From Octopus vulgaris (taxonomy: Eukaryota), in NCBI GenBank assembly GCA_951406725.2, contig OX597818.1:17732001-17796000 (forward strand): a stretch of DNA of 64,000 nt. The letters run 5' to 3'. This document shows, piece by piece, positions 1 to 40,046 of the stretch (the first letter of the stretch is position 1; each line of letters starts with the position of its first letter). A program made the position numbers and the translations under genes. The notes beneath the pieces are model-generated. The model did no database searches, was not told where the DNA came from, and saw only the letters and a list, made by a program, of their open reading frames with translations.

Positions 1-203
1 ATTTGCAGAACAACTGGTCTGGTACTGATCTAAAAATTGTATGGTGGAAGAAACAGATGATTCAGTTTATATGCAGTATGTGACCCAGGGAGGTATGAAA
101 TTTAAATCAGAACCTGGCGAAATTTGAAACTAATATGTGAAAAAGGAAGTTATTGAATATTATAAGGCACATATAAAATTATAGAAATCACAATAAACTG
201 CAT

Positions 204-25734
<25,531 letters not shown>

Positions 25735-26891
25735 CTGCAGATTTTGGTGGACAAAAAAACTATAATAAAAAATTATAATATTACATGCATAAATTTCTCA
25801 TTATTTAATTTGATCTTCGTCATTATTATTTAGATTGTACAGGCATCTCCTGCATTACAGAAGTATTACGATACTGAAAATCTTACTATAATGTAGAATT
25901 CTGTAATGTTACATCATTGTTATCATCATTGATGCCGTTGCCACCTTCATCACTATTTAATATCCATGTTCCATGCTGGCATGGAAGGAACAGTTTGACA
26001 GGATCTGGGGAACTACAGGGCTGTGCCAAGTCCCATTGTCAGCTTTGGCATGGTTTCCAAAGCCAACTACTCTACGGAGTGTACTTGGTACTTTTTTCAT
26101 GAAATTTGGCATGAATATAGCACAGGCATTTCTGACATAGTGGTGTTGCTAAATAAATTGCAAGACAGGAAAATAACAGGGAAAAGGAAAAGGAAAAGGA
26201 GAAAGCTCTAGTGACAAAGTGAGGGTGGTGGAGTATTTGAGATGGGGAGGTAGCCTTATACTAGGTGTTGAAAGGCTAACGTATGAAAGAGGGACAAGAA
26301 CAGGTGTCTTGGTATAGAGGAGCTACTTGGCTATCTCACATTATATAGGCATGGGAATAGTTGAGAAGGAGATAAAAGAAGGTAGTGATGGAGAACCAGA
26401 GCAAATTCTCAAAGTACAAGAAAGGTGAGCGTAAGTGAGGATACAGACAATGTTTCATAGGATGGAAGGTGAGAGAAAGTAAATACTTCATAAGAGTGTG
26501 TAGAGAAACTAAGAGATGATTAGAGGTGAAGGTAGAGAGTGATGAACAAGGGTAGAAATGCAGTTGATGAAAAATATATGTATAAAGAAATGTAAGGGTG
26601 GAGAGAGGGTATAGAAGAGGCTCAGAAAGGATATATCAGAAGGTAGGGGGATGATGAGCAAGGAGTAGGAGTGGTGAGAATATACAAGGGGGGTACTGAA
26701 AAGTTCCTGACTTTAAGTGCATCACAAAGGGCCTGGTTGCAGTTCTTAGAAAAACTAAAGGACCACTGCAATAAGTGTGTGAATCTAAGAGAGGAATAGG
26801 TTGAATAAAATCATAATTAACTGATTCTTCTGTATCTACATTTACCCAAGGCTAGAAACTTTTCAGCATCCCCTCATGTATCTATTTGTCA

Positions 26892-26953
<62 letters not shown>

Positions 26954-26989
26954 GAACTCAACTCCAGTCTGATCTATATGCTGAGAGTC

Positions 26990-27859
26990 AATGGGCAGAC
27001 AGAAACAAAATGCAACTGAATGAGGGAAAATTTGAGCTGATGCATTTTGGAAGAAATTCCTCAATAAAACAACCATACTCTCTTCCTTCAGGAGAACCGC
27101 TCACAGCCTCTAACAATATCAGAGACCTGGGTGTAATTATTGATGACGATCTCAGTTGGAGTGCACACATCAACAAGAAGGTCGATATAGCTCATAGGAT
27201 GAGTTCCTGGATCTTAAGAACTTTCTGGTCCAGAGAACAAGGTGTCATCATACCACTTTTCTCCTCCTTTGTACGGCCACACCTCGAATATTGCTGCCCA
27301 CTGTGGTCTCCCCATACAAGACAAAACATCTCCAGGATTGAGTCACCCCAGAGGGCACTCACTAAATGAATTGAAGGCATGGCTGCTCTCGATTATTGGG
27401 ATCGCCTTAAAGCCTTGGAACTTTACTCCCTCCAGCGTCGTCGTGAGCGGTACATCATTTGTACGATGTGGAGAATATACCGCCAACTTTGCCCAAACGA
27501 CCTTAACATTAGCTTCAAGGTTCATCCAAGACTGGGACCACAGGCCAATTCAAGATCACAACATATATGTACACTGCAACATAATTTCTTTTCTTCAACA
27601 GGCCCTGCCCTATTTAACATTGTCCCGAGGGAGATCAAGGAGGAAAAGGATCCCATCAACTTTAAACGGAGTCTGGATAGATTCCTTCAAAGAATACCAG
27701 ATAAGCCACCTATAATTGGATACAACTCACCCAACAAGAACTCACTACTTGAACAAAACTTGACTTAAACAGGATTCGAATAATCCTATCAGGTGGTGCT
27801 ATTAAGTTAGACATAGCCTGGACCAATCTTTGGTCGAAACATATCTAAGTTATCTAAGT

Positions 27860-27862
<3 letters not shown>
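26990..27862 (+). mobile_element. CR1-clade LINE 3' fragment
   Basis: RDLGVIID, RPHLEYCCPLWSP, LQRRRER, FKRSLDRFL; in-frame stop; (atctaagtt)n tail. Confidence 0.85.
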
Positions 27863-27912
<50 letters not shown>

Positions 27913-29274
27913 ATGTATGTATGTATGTATGTATGTATGTATGTATGTATATATGTGTATATATATATGTACTAGCAATGCATCCCAGCATTGCCCATAT
28001 TATATGTTCCTTTCTTATGGGCAGAATCAGTACAGCTAATATAGTGAACTGGATTACTGGTGTAATGAAAGTTATTGTTTGTAAGTGAAGAAGGAAAGGG
28101 TGCAATTTGCATGGGTTTGCATGAAAGTGCTTTCTGTTCTTAAGAAAGATCACCAACATAGGCGCAGGAGTGGCTGTATGGTAAGTAGCTTGCTAACCAA
28201 CCACATGGTTCCGTGGCATCTTGGGCAAGTGTCTTCTGCTATAGCCCCGGGTCGACCAATGCCTTGTGAGTGGATTTGGTAGACGGAAACTGAAAGAAGC
28301 CTGTCATATATATGTATATATATATGTGTATGTGTGTGTGTTTGTCCCCCTAGCATTGCTTGACAACCGATGCTGGTGTGTTTACGTCCCCATCACTTAG
28401 CAGTTCGGTAAAAGAGACTGATAGAATAAGTATTGGGCTGACAAAGAATAAGTCCCGGGGTCGATTTGCTCGACTAAAGGCGGTGCTCCAGCATGGCCGC
28501 AGTCAAATGACTGAAACAAGTAAAAGTGTAAAAGAGTAACTATGTATTGTTTCATTGTATAAAAGGTGGTTAATATGATTTTGCCCAGAAATCACGTTTT
28601 TAAAATTGTAGTTTCCACCATACCCATCACAATTGTATATTCTTTACGAACTTTTTTTATCCATGAAGAAAAATACATAGATTATAAATCTGGGAAATAT
28701 ATTTTTTTTTAAGTTCAATTTTTCTTAAAGAAACACTCAATGTGCCTTCTCCCACCCCACATACCTATCACCTACCCGATTTCAAAAAGCAAAAAACACA
28801 CACTGTTTCACGCATGCGTAGGATTGTGCTAAAATAGCAGATGTAGAAAATATTAGAGCACCACCAGAAAACCTGACATGCTAGAAACAACAGGTAAACA
28901 ACATTATTTCTGAAGAAACTACTCTGCTTTCCAAAAAGCTAAAGTGAAACATTAGGAGTTTGTAGCTTTTTGAAAGTGGTAAGGTGATAGGTAGATGATT
29001 TGGAAGAAGATTTTAGTGTTTCTTTAAGAAAAAAGAAAGAAGAAAATTCTTAAAGATTTGTACTCTTTGTTTTTTCTCCATGGATTACCAAGAAAAAATT
29101 CAAAACGAGTAAAAAGAATGAAGAAATTGGGACAGGAAGGAGAAAATCAAAACATTGAGAACATGTCCCTTGGGTGAAATCTTAATCTCCTGTATTGAAA
29201 ACATAGGAATGAGAAGAAATTTGGGGAAAAAAATCTGGTGGGGAGGGCACAAATGGCACCTCTGACACCCGCCC

Positions 29275-31960
29275 CTGCTACTGTGTGCAAACAGTCTACC
29301 TTTTACTCTGAGCGAGAGGCCCTTTGTCACCAGCAGAGGTAAGAGCTCTCTGAACTTTTCCCAGGCTATTTTTATTCTAGCAACTATACTTTCAGAGCAT
29401 CCATCCCAACTACTGACTTGATCACCTAGGTAATAGAAGCTATCAACTACTCGTAGCTTTTCCCACTGGAATGTGACAGAAGTTATTTTCTGCACATTTT
29501 CAGTGTTTATTGCTCCTGAGCATCTGCCACACACAAAAACTATCTTCCCAGTTAGCCTTCCTTTGATATTGCTGCACCTCTTATGCGTCCATAGCTTACA
29601 CTGGGTACATCTTATGGAGTTTCTATCTATGCCTTTTTTACAGATCAAGCAGGGCCAGCTACCTGAAGGGATTTGTGGTTTGTCTGCCTTCCTCCTTATT
29701 AAGACTTTGGTTTTTGCTAGATTGAACCTAAGGCTCTTTGATTCTAGACCTTGCTTCCACACCTGAAACTTCTCTAGTTCTGATAGTGATGCAGTTACTA
29801 GAGCAAGGTCATCAGCATATAAAAGCTCCCAGGGGCATCCTGTCTTGAATTCCTCTGTTATTGCCTGGAGGACTATGATGAATTAGAGTGGGCTGAGGAC
29901 TGATCTTTGGTGGACCCCTACCTCTACCCAGTATTCTTCACTGTATTCATTGCCAACCCTCACCTTATTGACAGCATCCCTGTACATGGCTTGTACAGCT
30001 CTCACTAACCATTCATCTATCCCTAGTTTCTACATTGACCACCATATAAGGGATGGGAGGACCTTGCCAAAGGCTTTCTCCATGTCAACAAAAGCTAGGT
30101 ACAGAGGTTTATCTTTGGCTAGGTATTTCTTCTGCAGCTGTCTTACCAGAAATATAGCATCAGTGGTGCTTTTCCCTGGCACAAACCCAAACTGCATCTC
30201 ATTTAGACTGACTCTTTCCCTAATTAGTTGAGTTATGACCTTCTCCTTGACTTTCATTACCTTATCCAACAATTTGGTACCTCTGTAATTATTCATATCT
30301 AATGCATCACCTTTACCTATGTAGCAGTTGACTATGGTGCTGCTACACCAGTCATTGGGTATGACTCCTTTATGTATCACCTGATTCACTATACGGGTGA
30401 CTAGACTATAGCCGACACTGCCAGGTATTTTAAGCATCCCTGCGGTGATTCCTGATGGGCCAGGAGCTTTCCCTGTCTTCATACTCTTAATTGCTTTATC
30501 TACCAAGGTACTGTCAATTTGAATAGCTGGTCCCTCTGTTGGGTCGACATTCAGCAGATTCTCCTTCTTCCATTCATTCTCTTCATGTAGCAACCTTTCA
30601 TAGTGCACTCTCCAAGTCTCTCTCCTTGCAGCCTCATTAAATGCAAGTGAGCCGTCATCCATGCAGACACATTTCTCTCTTATGACATCACGATTCTCTC
30701 TCACACACTGTCTTGTAACACGAAACACCTCAAGTCTTTGGCTCTCATGATGCAGAACATTGGCAAATTTTTTATCTGCTTCCCCACTGGCTAAATAAAC
30801 CAGTCTCCTAGCTTCCCTTCTGTCAGTCTGATACAATTCCCTGCTACCACCATTCTTCCAGTCCTTCCATGCCTCTTTCTTTTCTCTAATGGCCCTGTCA
30901 ACTACATTGTTCCACCACCATGTTACCTTGGATCAAAAGGGAATTTTGTACCATCTACAGATCTGGTCAGTAGCCCTCAACAGGTTGTCCCGTAGAAACC
31001 TCCAGTTGTCTTCCACATCATGTGATGTTATATCCGCCTCTATTTCGTCAAAAGCTTCAAGTAATACATCTCTAAATCCCTGTTCATTTGCAGGATCCTT
31101 AAGATTCCAAACCCTTCTTCTCCATGCTGGTCGTCTTCTGGGCATCCATTTAGCCCTGATCCTGAAGTTGCTAACTACTAATCTATGTTGTGGGGTGCAT
31201 TCTTCACCTGGGAAGGTTTTGGTATTTATACGTAGCCATCTTCCCCATTACCTGGCAAGGATGTTGTCAACTTGACTAGTGTGTCCACCAGATAGGTAAG
31301 GTGAATAGGTGACTGGCAGGTTTCCTGAAGTTAGTATTACAAACCATAAGATCATTTGCATCACAGAACTCCAGCAGCCTGGTTCCCTCCTCAGTGCGGG
31401 AGCCAACATCATATCTTCCATGTACACCATGGAAGTCTCCTGCATGTTGTCCAACATGCCTATTGAAGTCGCCAGCCACAAAGTGAAGGTCCCTGTCATT
31501 TATCGATGAGGTAGTCTGCAAGAGGGTGTCATAAAATCGTTTTTTCTGTTCATTAGGTAACCCCGGCTGAGGGGCATAGGCCAAGATAATGGTTGCTAAC
31601 CCATGTTGCAGCACTAATCTAATCTTAAGTATTCTATCACAGACTCTGATTACCTCAATTACTTTATTATCCCATTTCTCTGCAAGAAGTATACCCATGC
31701 CCTCCACCCTGTCAATGTTCCCTACCCAGAAAATCTTATACCTATGCTCTTTGCCTGTGAGGAGCCTAGCTGAACTTCCTTTCCACCTTACTTCTTGGAT
31801 GCAGCACAAATCTACACGTCTCCATTCAAGCATCTCAACAATCTCATCAGACCTACCTTTCAGAGTGCTGACATTAAGTGTGCCAACCCTGAGGGTGTGG
31901 GAGGTGTGGGCTTGTGAGACTTTGGCATGGGGAACAGCAGCATCATGTACCTGAAAAGAC
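29275..31960 (-). mobile_element. RTE-clade LINE, decayed (AP endonuclease + reverse transcriptase)
   Basis: GTLNV..L, IQEVRW, GDFN; KAPGP, NYRG.KLL, QFGF.PGKSTTDAIF, FVDMEKAF, YADD; frameshifts. Confidence 0.93.
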
Positions 31961-32629
31961 AGTAGTGTCATGTACCTGAAAGAAAGTGTGTGTGTAGGGG
32001 GGGTGTATCCTTATAAAAAGCAAAGTTTGTATATTGACCACTGAAAATACTAAATAAAATTGATAATATTTCAAGTTTTTTGTGTCATTTCAATTAATTT
32101 GACCATTCTGCAGATAACTGTGCACTTATTTTCCAAAAACAGAATGGAAGTATCTGAGTTAGTGTTGTACTGGCTCCTATTTCTAGCAAACCGCGTACTG
32201 CCTATTTCACCGGAATGCCTTTTACAAATAGGGCATACCTACACAAGAGCACTCCACCAAATTTGTTCCTTGATACCTTTAGGGAAAATGGATATTTTCC
32301 AATATAATTTTCTACAAATATGCTTCTAATGGTGTAGATTCCAACTATATTGGAATTTATTGTGCAAACCTTTTTTCACTCCCATCAAAGCTGAATCATT
32401 TGAATCTTCCAAAACTGCTCTCCTGAGTAGCGAAAAATCAAAATCAAAACCATTTGAAACGTTTTTGTATAAAATTTCATTAAAAAGTATCCATTTTTCT
32501 GAAAGTTAAGTAACACACACACACACACACATAAACATATATATATGTGTGTGTATGCATGTGTGTTCCAGCATGGCCACAGCTCTGAGCTGAAACTACA
32601 AAAATAAAATAAATATATATATGTATGTA

Positions 32630-32666
<37 letters not shown>

Positions 32667-33180
32667 TGTTGTGTTGTGACCCCCTTCAGTCATGAATGAC
32701 CATGGGATTACACCTAAAAGATTACCTCCGAGGCACAAGTCTGGGCAAGGTTGTTTATGGAAGACCCGCAGTCACCCACGCATACCAGCCTCCCCTCTCC
32801 ACGCCACTGATGTTATCCAAGGGAAAGGCAAAGGCTGATACAGCTTGGCATCAGTGACGTCGCAGCTCATTTATTAACGTGCAAGCGGCTGAGCACTCCA
32901 CAGACATGTATACCTTTAAGGTAGTTCTCGGGGAAATTCAGCATGTCACAGAGTGTGACAAGGCTGGCCCTTTGAAATACAGGTACAGCAGAAACAGGAA
33001 GAAAAAGTGAGAGAAAGTTGTGGTGTACAGCAGGGTTCACCCCCCACCACCCCCCGGCTGGAGCCTCGTGGAGCTTTAGGTGTTTTCGGTCAATAAACAC
33101 TCACAATGCCCGGTCTGGGAATCGAAACTGCAATCCTATGACGGCGAGTCCACTGCCCTAACCACTGGGCCATTGCGCCT

Positions 33181-33220
<40 letters not shown>

Positions 33221-33230
33221 ATATATACAT

Positions 33231-33280
<50 letters not shown>

Positions 33281-33487
33281 TATATGTGTGTGTGTGTGGA
33301 GGCGCAATGGCCCAGTGGTTAGGACAGTGGACTCGCCGTCATAGGATTGCGGTTTCGATTTCCAGACCGGGCATTGTGAGTGTTTATTGAGCGAAAACAC
33401 CTAAAGCTCCACGAGGCTCCAGCAGGGGGTGGTGGTGAACCCTGTATATGTATATATATATACATATATATATATATGTATATGTAT

Positions 33488-33609
<122 letters not shown>

Positions 33610-34436
33610 ATGTATATATATATGTGTATGTGTATGTATATATATATGTATATGTATGTATATATATATGTATGTGTGTGTGTGTATACTAGCACCATAA
33701 CTACTGCCAACACCAGTACAACTAACACCACATCTACAGAGACAGCTCCGCTACAACTATCACAACTACCACCACCAATACTAACAATACTCTTTTTTCA
33801 GAAAACAGGGATAGAGGGGGGGGCTTCGCAGTTACAGATAAGCACATCTCAACCATTTTAATTTATAAAAAAGCATCCACTGTAGGTTGTGAAGAAATTC
33901 TTCTTTTCATACATTTCTTCCTGCCTTACCATGCATCGAATTCATTGGATAGCCAATAGCAGTATATTTTATGACTATGGTCTTATCTGCTGATAGCCTC
34001 TAGCCTCTAAAAAAATATCTGTCCAGATAAAGTGGTGACAATAGTCCCAAAGACAGAAACCAAATATCTGTGAGGCCAAAAGCTCTCCACAACACAACCG
34101 AAATAGATAATCCTACATCAAATGCCCAATTCACAGTTTACATCAAGATGTATTTTCCAGTTGCCACAAATTCATCTTATCCACAAAACACTTTCACGTT
34201 AATTTACTATTGGAGCAGCCCTTCCCTTATATGTATTATGGTTGCAAGTAATCACATTTTTTGATTGGTGAAATGAAATTTGGTGCTATATTGCAAATAA
34301 ATGTTCAAAATTACATTATAACTTTTATTGTAAGGAAAATGGGCATTACGATAGATGCCAATATGTGCCTTATAAATACATTTGAGCACTGTACAGACCA
34401 GGCTGAAAGGCCAGGAAGCCCGCTAATATATATATA

Positions 34437-34470
<34 letters not shown>

Positions 34471-34709
34471 CATCATCATTGTTTAGCGTCCGCTTTCCAT
34501 GCTGGCATGGGTTGGATGGTGCAACTGGGGTCTGGGAAGCCAGAAGGCTGCACCAGGCCCAGTCTGATCTGGCAATGTTTCTACGGTTGGATGCCCTTCC
34601 TAACGCCAACCACTCCATGAGTGTAGTGGGTGCTTTTTACGTGCCACCAGCACAGGTGCCAAACAAGGCTGGCAAACGGCCACGATCGGATGGTGCTTTT
34701 TACGTGCCA

Positions 34710-34754
<45 letters not shown>

Positions 34755-34756
34755 CT

Positions 34757-35030
34757 ATATAAATTAGAGAAAAACCACTATTATGCAATTCAAACAATGA
34801 TAGACATAAACCAAATCATAAATAAAAATAAAAATATATTTTAAAACATATAACTAGATTACAAAAAGTACAAAAATGAATAAACTTATTATATATTACT
34901 TATTACTTATTATATATTGTTTATTCATTTTTGTACTTTTTGTGATCTAGTTATATGTTTTAAAATGCATTTTATTTTTTATGTCTATCATTGTTTGAAT
35001 TGCATAATAGTGGTTTTTCTCTTATTTATA
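34757..35030. repeat. TA-flanked fold-back inverted repeat (~115-bp arms, ~35-bp spacer)
   Basis: agaaaaaccactattatgcaattcaaacaatgatagacat... and its reverse complement. Confidence 0.8.
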
Positions 35031-35172
35031 TATATTATATTTATATTGTGAAATTTGATATAATACTAAATTGAATTTTTCCCTGTAAGTTTGGAGTTAT
35101 ACTCCCTAATATTATTATTATTATATATATATACATATACATATACATGTATATATATATACATATACATAC

Positions 35173-35318
<146 letters not shown>

Positions 35319-35361
35319 GCATATATATAAAGATATATATATATATATATACACACATATA

Positions 35362-35902
35362 TACATGGTTATTCAAAAAGAATGAACTGATTTTCATTAT
35401 CCAATATTTTAATAAGAAAGCAACAGAAAACTCCAGCCAAGTCTCAAGTATTTACTCACACTCAACTTTTATTTCCTGTCTTACAAGTGTTCAATGTGAC
35501 CACTACCTGCAGCACAGGCAACATCAATGTGATAAGAGAATTCCTCCTAGACATGTATTTGGGGAATAGAGAACCCACATGAAACAGTTGACCATGAAAG
35601 AGATTCCCCTAAGGTGAACATCTTTTGCACTGTCTCAGGACATGGTGTATGGTCCCTTTTTCTTTACAGGACAAACCTATCTCAATATGCTCCAAAACTG
35701 GCTGTTCACTTTACTGCAAGCAGATTTGCACGACTTCATTATTCAACAAGATGGAACACCACCCCATTGGCACCAGTAGTAAGAGAATTCCTCCCAGACA
35801 CGTATTAGCATATCACAATCCACTGAGTTGATTGCTGTTGCTATTCGATGTTTAAGGTCATCGAAGTTAGTGAGTAGTGGTGGAACATAAACGCAATCTT
35901 TT
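35362..35902. mobile_element. Rearranged Tc1/mariner remnant
   Basis: QQDGTPPHW on +, KD.VYVPPL..DLKHRI..AI...ML.RVW.EF on -. Confidence 0.6.
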
Positions 35903-36061
35903 GGAGTGGCTGTGTGGTAAGTAGCTTGCTTACCAACCACATGGTTCCGGGTTCAGTACCACTGCGTGGCACCTTGGGCAAGTGTCTTCTGCTATAGCCT
36001 CGGGCCAACCAATGCCTTGTGAATGGATTTGGTAGACGGAAACTGAAAGAAGCCCGTTGTA

Positions 36062-36115
<54 letters not shown>

Positions 36116-37584
36116 TGTGTGTTTGTGTGTCTGTGTTTGTCCCCCTAGCATTGCTTGACAACCGATGCTGGTGTGTTTCTGTCCCCGTTACTTAGCGGTT
36201 CGGCAAAAGAGACCGATAGAATAAGTACTGGGCTTACAAAAGAATAAATCCCGGGGTCGAGTTGCTCGATTAAAGGCGGTGCTCCAGCATGGCCGCAGTC
36301 AAATGACTGAAACAAGTAAAAGAGTAAAGAGTAATGGAAAGATGCACGATTTTCTTTGATGTATGAAAACCTATGGAGATTTGAATTGCCAGTGCCACAT
36401 TAAAAGAATTCCCTGCTGGTGCCATGTAAAAGCATTTGTGTCGGTGGCATGCTAAAAGCAGCTAGCACAAACTGTAAAGTGTTTGTAGAAATCAGTTTAC
36501 AATAGAATGGAATATAGTGCAGCTTCCCAGCACAAGTCAAACAGTCCAACATGAGCCGGCATGGAAAATAGACGTTAAATGATGATGATGATGAATACGG
36601 ACTTATCTAGAAATGCAGTTTAATATTCTAAAAAAGTGAAAGTAAAATGGATTATATAGCACAAAAACTATGGGCACACGTTTCCGTCGATTGTCGATTT
36701 CCTCCGTCGATTTCCGTAAAAAATGTAAACACTGAATCGGCCATACATACATACATACATACATACATACATACATACATACATACATACATACACACAC
36801 ACACATACATACACACACACACATACATAGATACATATACACACACACACACATACATGCAGACATACATATACACATACACCGAGTAAAAAATTTCAGT
36901 TATCTCTCTCTTTCACACTTTCTGTCTCTTCGCACACACTAACAGAAGCACTTCACTTACACAACATACTGTCTGTCTCCCACACCCCATGAAACACACA
37001 CACACGGGGACTTCAAAAAGAAATTCCCTCGTCATAAAATCGCTTCCTCTTAGTCTCTTTCGCTCTCATTACTTCAAATATTCCCGCAAAGCCATATGTA
37101 TAAATATAAAAGTTTTTTACGGAAATCGACGGAGGAAATTTACGGAAACGTGTGCTACGACAAACGAAACATTGCCAAATTGCCAAACTATGCATCAGTT
37201 CATTCCGCATTGTCATCGGAGTTTCTTCTTGTTGAGCGTTCATCACTCTTCGATAGTCTCCTCTCGCGTTTTGATCAACAAAAGTTATATATGGTTTACA
37301 ACTTCATAACTGTATAAAATCTTTATTATGATTATAAAAATCGTTACAGAGATAGGACATTACAGTACAAAACATAATTACAAAAAAGTTATGTAGTTCG
37401 TTTGATATTTACAGATGTTGATTATTAATTATAATAATACTAGACTTTACTTTTCTCCTTTTTTTAAAAAATAATAATTTTGGCCGGATAAGTATATCAC
37501 AGTATAGGTTGTTACCCGACAGCCTAAGAGCCCAGAGACTATTTTCTCCTTTCATGATGACTAAGCAGGGTTACTCACACCCAC

Positions 37585-37672
37585 CTTTTTCATCACATCC
37601 TTCCATCGATTCACATACTTTTTCTGTGTCAGGTTCCTCTTCTCCAAATCCATCTTGCTCTTCAGATGGTAT
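37585..37672 (-). CDS. Probable upstream exon of OGFr-like copy 1 (IPSEEQDGFGEEEPDTEKVCESMEGCDEK); contains an in-frame ATG
   Basis: tacttcag acceptor; G/gtgggt phase-1 donor matches phase of the 25734 acceptor; acidic peptide. Confidence 0.55.
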
Positions 37673-37748
37673 CTGAAGTATTTTAACAGACCATATCCAG
37701 AGACAAAGGATCATGTATATGTGGCCTAAACTAACATAAGAAACCTAC

Positions 37749-37821
37749 CCGTCGGATATCAAACAGGTCCTTGTGGCTTTTCACTGGTGTTTGTTGTTGG
37801 GCATACAACAATACTACTACC
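37749..37821 (-). other. Probable 5' exon (UTR or coding VVVLLYAQQQTPVKSHKDLFDIRR) of copy 1
   Basis: ttgcag acceptor, gtaggt donor, 76-bp intron to the next exon, open and in phase with it. Confidence 0.4.
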
Positions 37822-38028
37822 CTGCAACGATGTACTTTAGTAACTACTTCAAAATGTTCATGTTATCACTAGAAGATAGTATATAACTAGGGGGTCTGTG
37901 TTTCATCTATCTATGCTAACAAGTAACCTTCACGTTCATGTCATCAATTATTGCTGACTAACTTTACTATCACTCTGTGAACATGAAGTGAAAGTGTGTC
38001 ATACCACAACGATGTAAATATATATATT

Positions 38029-38126
<98 letters not shown>

Positions 38127-38419
38127 GCAGTTTATTAAGTTCAATGGTTACTGAAAGGGGTATTTGTAAAAAAATTCATTATGAAATATCCACTTTTCAG
38201 AAAGTTATCAGGAAACAAACTCAGCAGAGTACAATTATGTAAGTGCGCCTAGATTGATAGGCAAACAGACAGACAAATAGAGAGAGAGAGAGGGAGGGAG
38301 GGTATTGATCTTGTTGACGGTGGAAGTCTAGGATGGCTAGTTAGTCATGAAATCTGAGAGAATAAAGTTTACAGAATGTAAAGGGGGTGGAATAGTTTAA
38401 AACTAGTGATAAAAAAAAT

Positions 38420-38680
38420 TGACCGTTCCTACCTCAAAAAAACGTAAGATAAAATAACACATGTTAATCGTTATGGTTAACATGACCATTAAAACTGTCC
38501 GCAATATTACCAAATCCGCGATTTGTTTTTTTTTCTTCACTGCTCTTTCGAATAGTTCAAACCAGGAAGTTAACTGATATGGAGAATTATCGAAAACTAA
38601 CAAGTCGTGTCAAACTGAAACTAAATTTTCAACTTTTTCTTTCCGCTTATACTGGAAATGACGTAGAGATAAACAGATAC
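38420..38680 (-). promoter_or_regulatory. Candidate first exon/promoter of copy 1
   Basis: Donor GAG/gtagga near 38433; local CpG enrichment; ETS-like CAGGAAGT and GGAAATGACGTA (ETS/CRE-like) motifs. Confidence 0.3.
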
Positions 38681-38697
38681 TTTCATTTATTTCATAT

Positions 38698-38734
<37 letters not shown>

Positions 38735-40011
38735 CTATATATATATATTACGTGACCGACCAGGCTATCAGATGTTCACATCGCCGGTCACAATGCGTTT
38801 CGCATTGCTTTAGCCTTCATATGACGCCACCCTGCTGGCTAAGCGAGCAGGCCAATATAAATAGATATATATACATACACACACGCGCGCAGAAAAATTG
38901 TCACTTAGTGATAATCATAGTAGGAGCCAGCGACTGTTCAACTTGTTTTCAACACTGTTTTCTATACAAATGCATGTAATATGATGCGCGCACACGCATA
39001 TATTCAAACATTAACACATACGCTTAATCGAACATGTGTACCCCCTGCACCGCGTATTCTCGAGATGAAATTCGTCAACCCCGCGGGCTATCCCCCTTCT
39101 CCGTTTCTCTCTCTTTTTCACACACAACACACACTTTCTATCTCGCACCCCACCATCAACATATAATACACACGTCCCTGTCATTTTCTCTCTCTTTCAC
39201 TTTATGCTGACATCAAACGAAATGTACGTTTCCACTCTTGTATCCACTAAACTTTTGGGAGGATTGCCAAAATATGATTCTTTACCGCACAAGCATCAAA
39301 GACTTCCAAAGTGGAGGTTAAGGGATTATGTGGTCATCTGCATACTTTTCTCTGGGCTTGTTACTAGGGTGATACCGGTTGATGACTGCTATTTCTAGCA
39401 TCGGAGGTCAAAAGTTTTATAGAGAAGAAGAAAACTAAATCTGTTGAGATTTTGGACAAAAAACTTTTATTCTTTTCGTATACACGCAGACATCAATCCT
39501 TTTGAGTCTCACAGTAATCATTATCTTCGTTACTTTCCGTGAAAACTTTTTATCAAATTAGAAAACTAGAACATACTGTCAACTGCAAACACTTATGTCG
39601 AAAACAAGCACATGCTGTCAACGGTAAACACTTATGTCGAAGGGGAAGAGGCAGATGGATCACAAGTTCAGACTCTTATATCTTTATTCTTTTATTTGTT
39701 TCAGTCATTTGACTGCGGCCATGCTGGAGCACAGCCTTCAGTCGAGCAAATTGATCCCAGGACTTATTCTTTGTGAGCCTAGTACTTATTCTATCTGTCT
39801 CTTTTTGTCGAACCGCTAATTTACGGGGACGTAAACACACCAGCATCGGTTGTCAAGCGATGTGGGGGAGGGGGACAAACATAGACACTCACACATATAT
39901 ATACATATATATATATATATAGTTAATCCAAACATGAAAGCACAAAAAAACACAACAACGCGAGGACGTGGAACAAATATAGTATTATTGGACGCTCAGG
40001 AAAGAAGGAGA

Positions 40012-40046
40012 GTTTAACGTTTCGGGCGGAGCTCTTCGTCGGAAAC
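40012..40046 (-). ncRNA. Hammerhead-like motif with CCGACGA variant core
   Basis: gttt-CCGACGA-agagc tcc gccc-GAAACG-TTA-aac. Confidence 0.4.

Noticed and set aside
38403-38603. Signal-peptide-like first coding exon (MVMLTITINMCYFILRFFE)
   Set aside because: Its donor is phase 0 but the next candidate exon needs phase 2; the matching frame has no ATG, so coding status is unsupported
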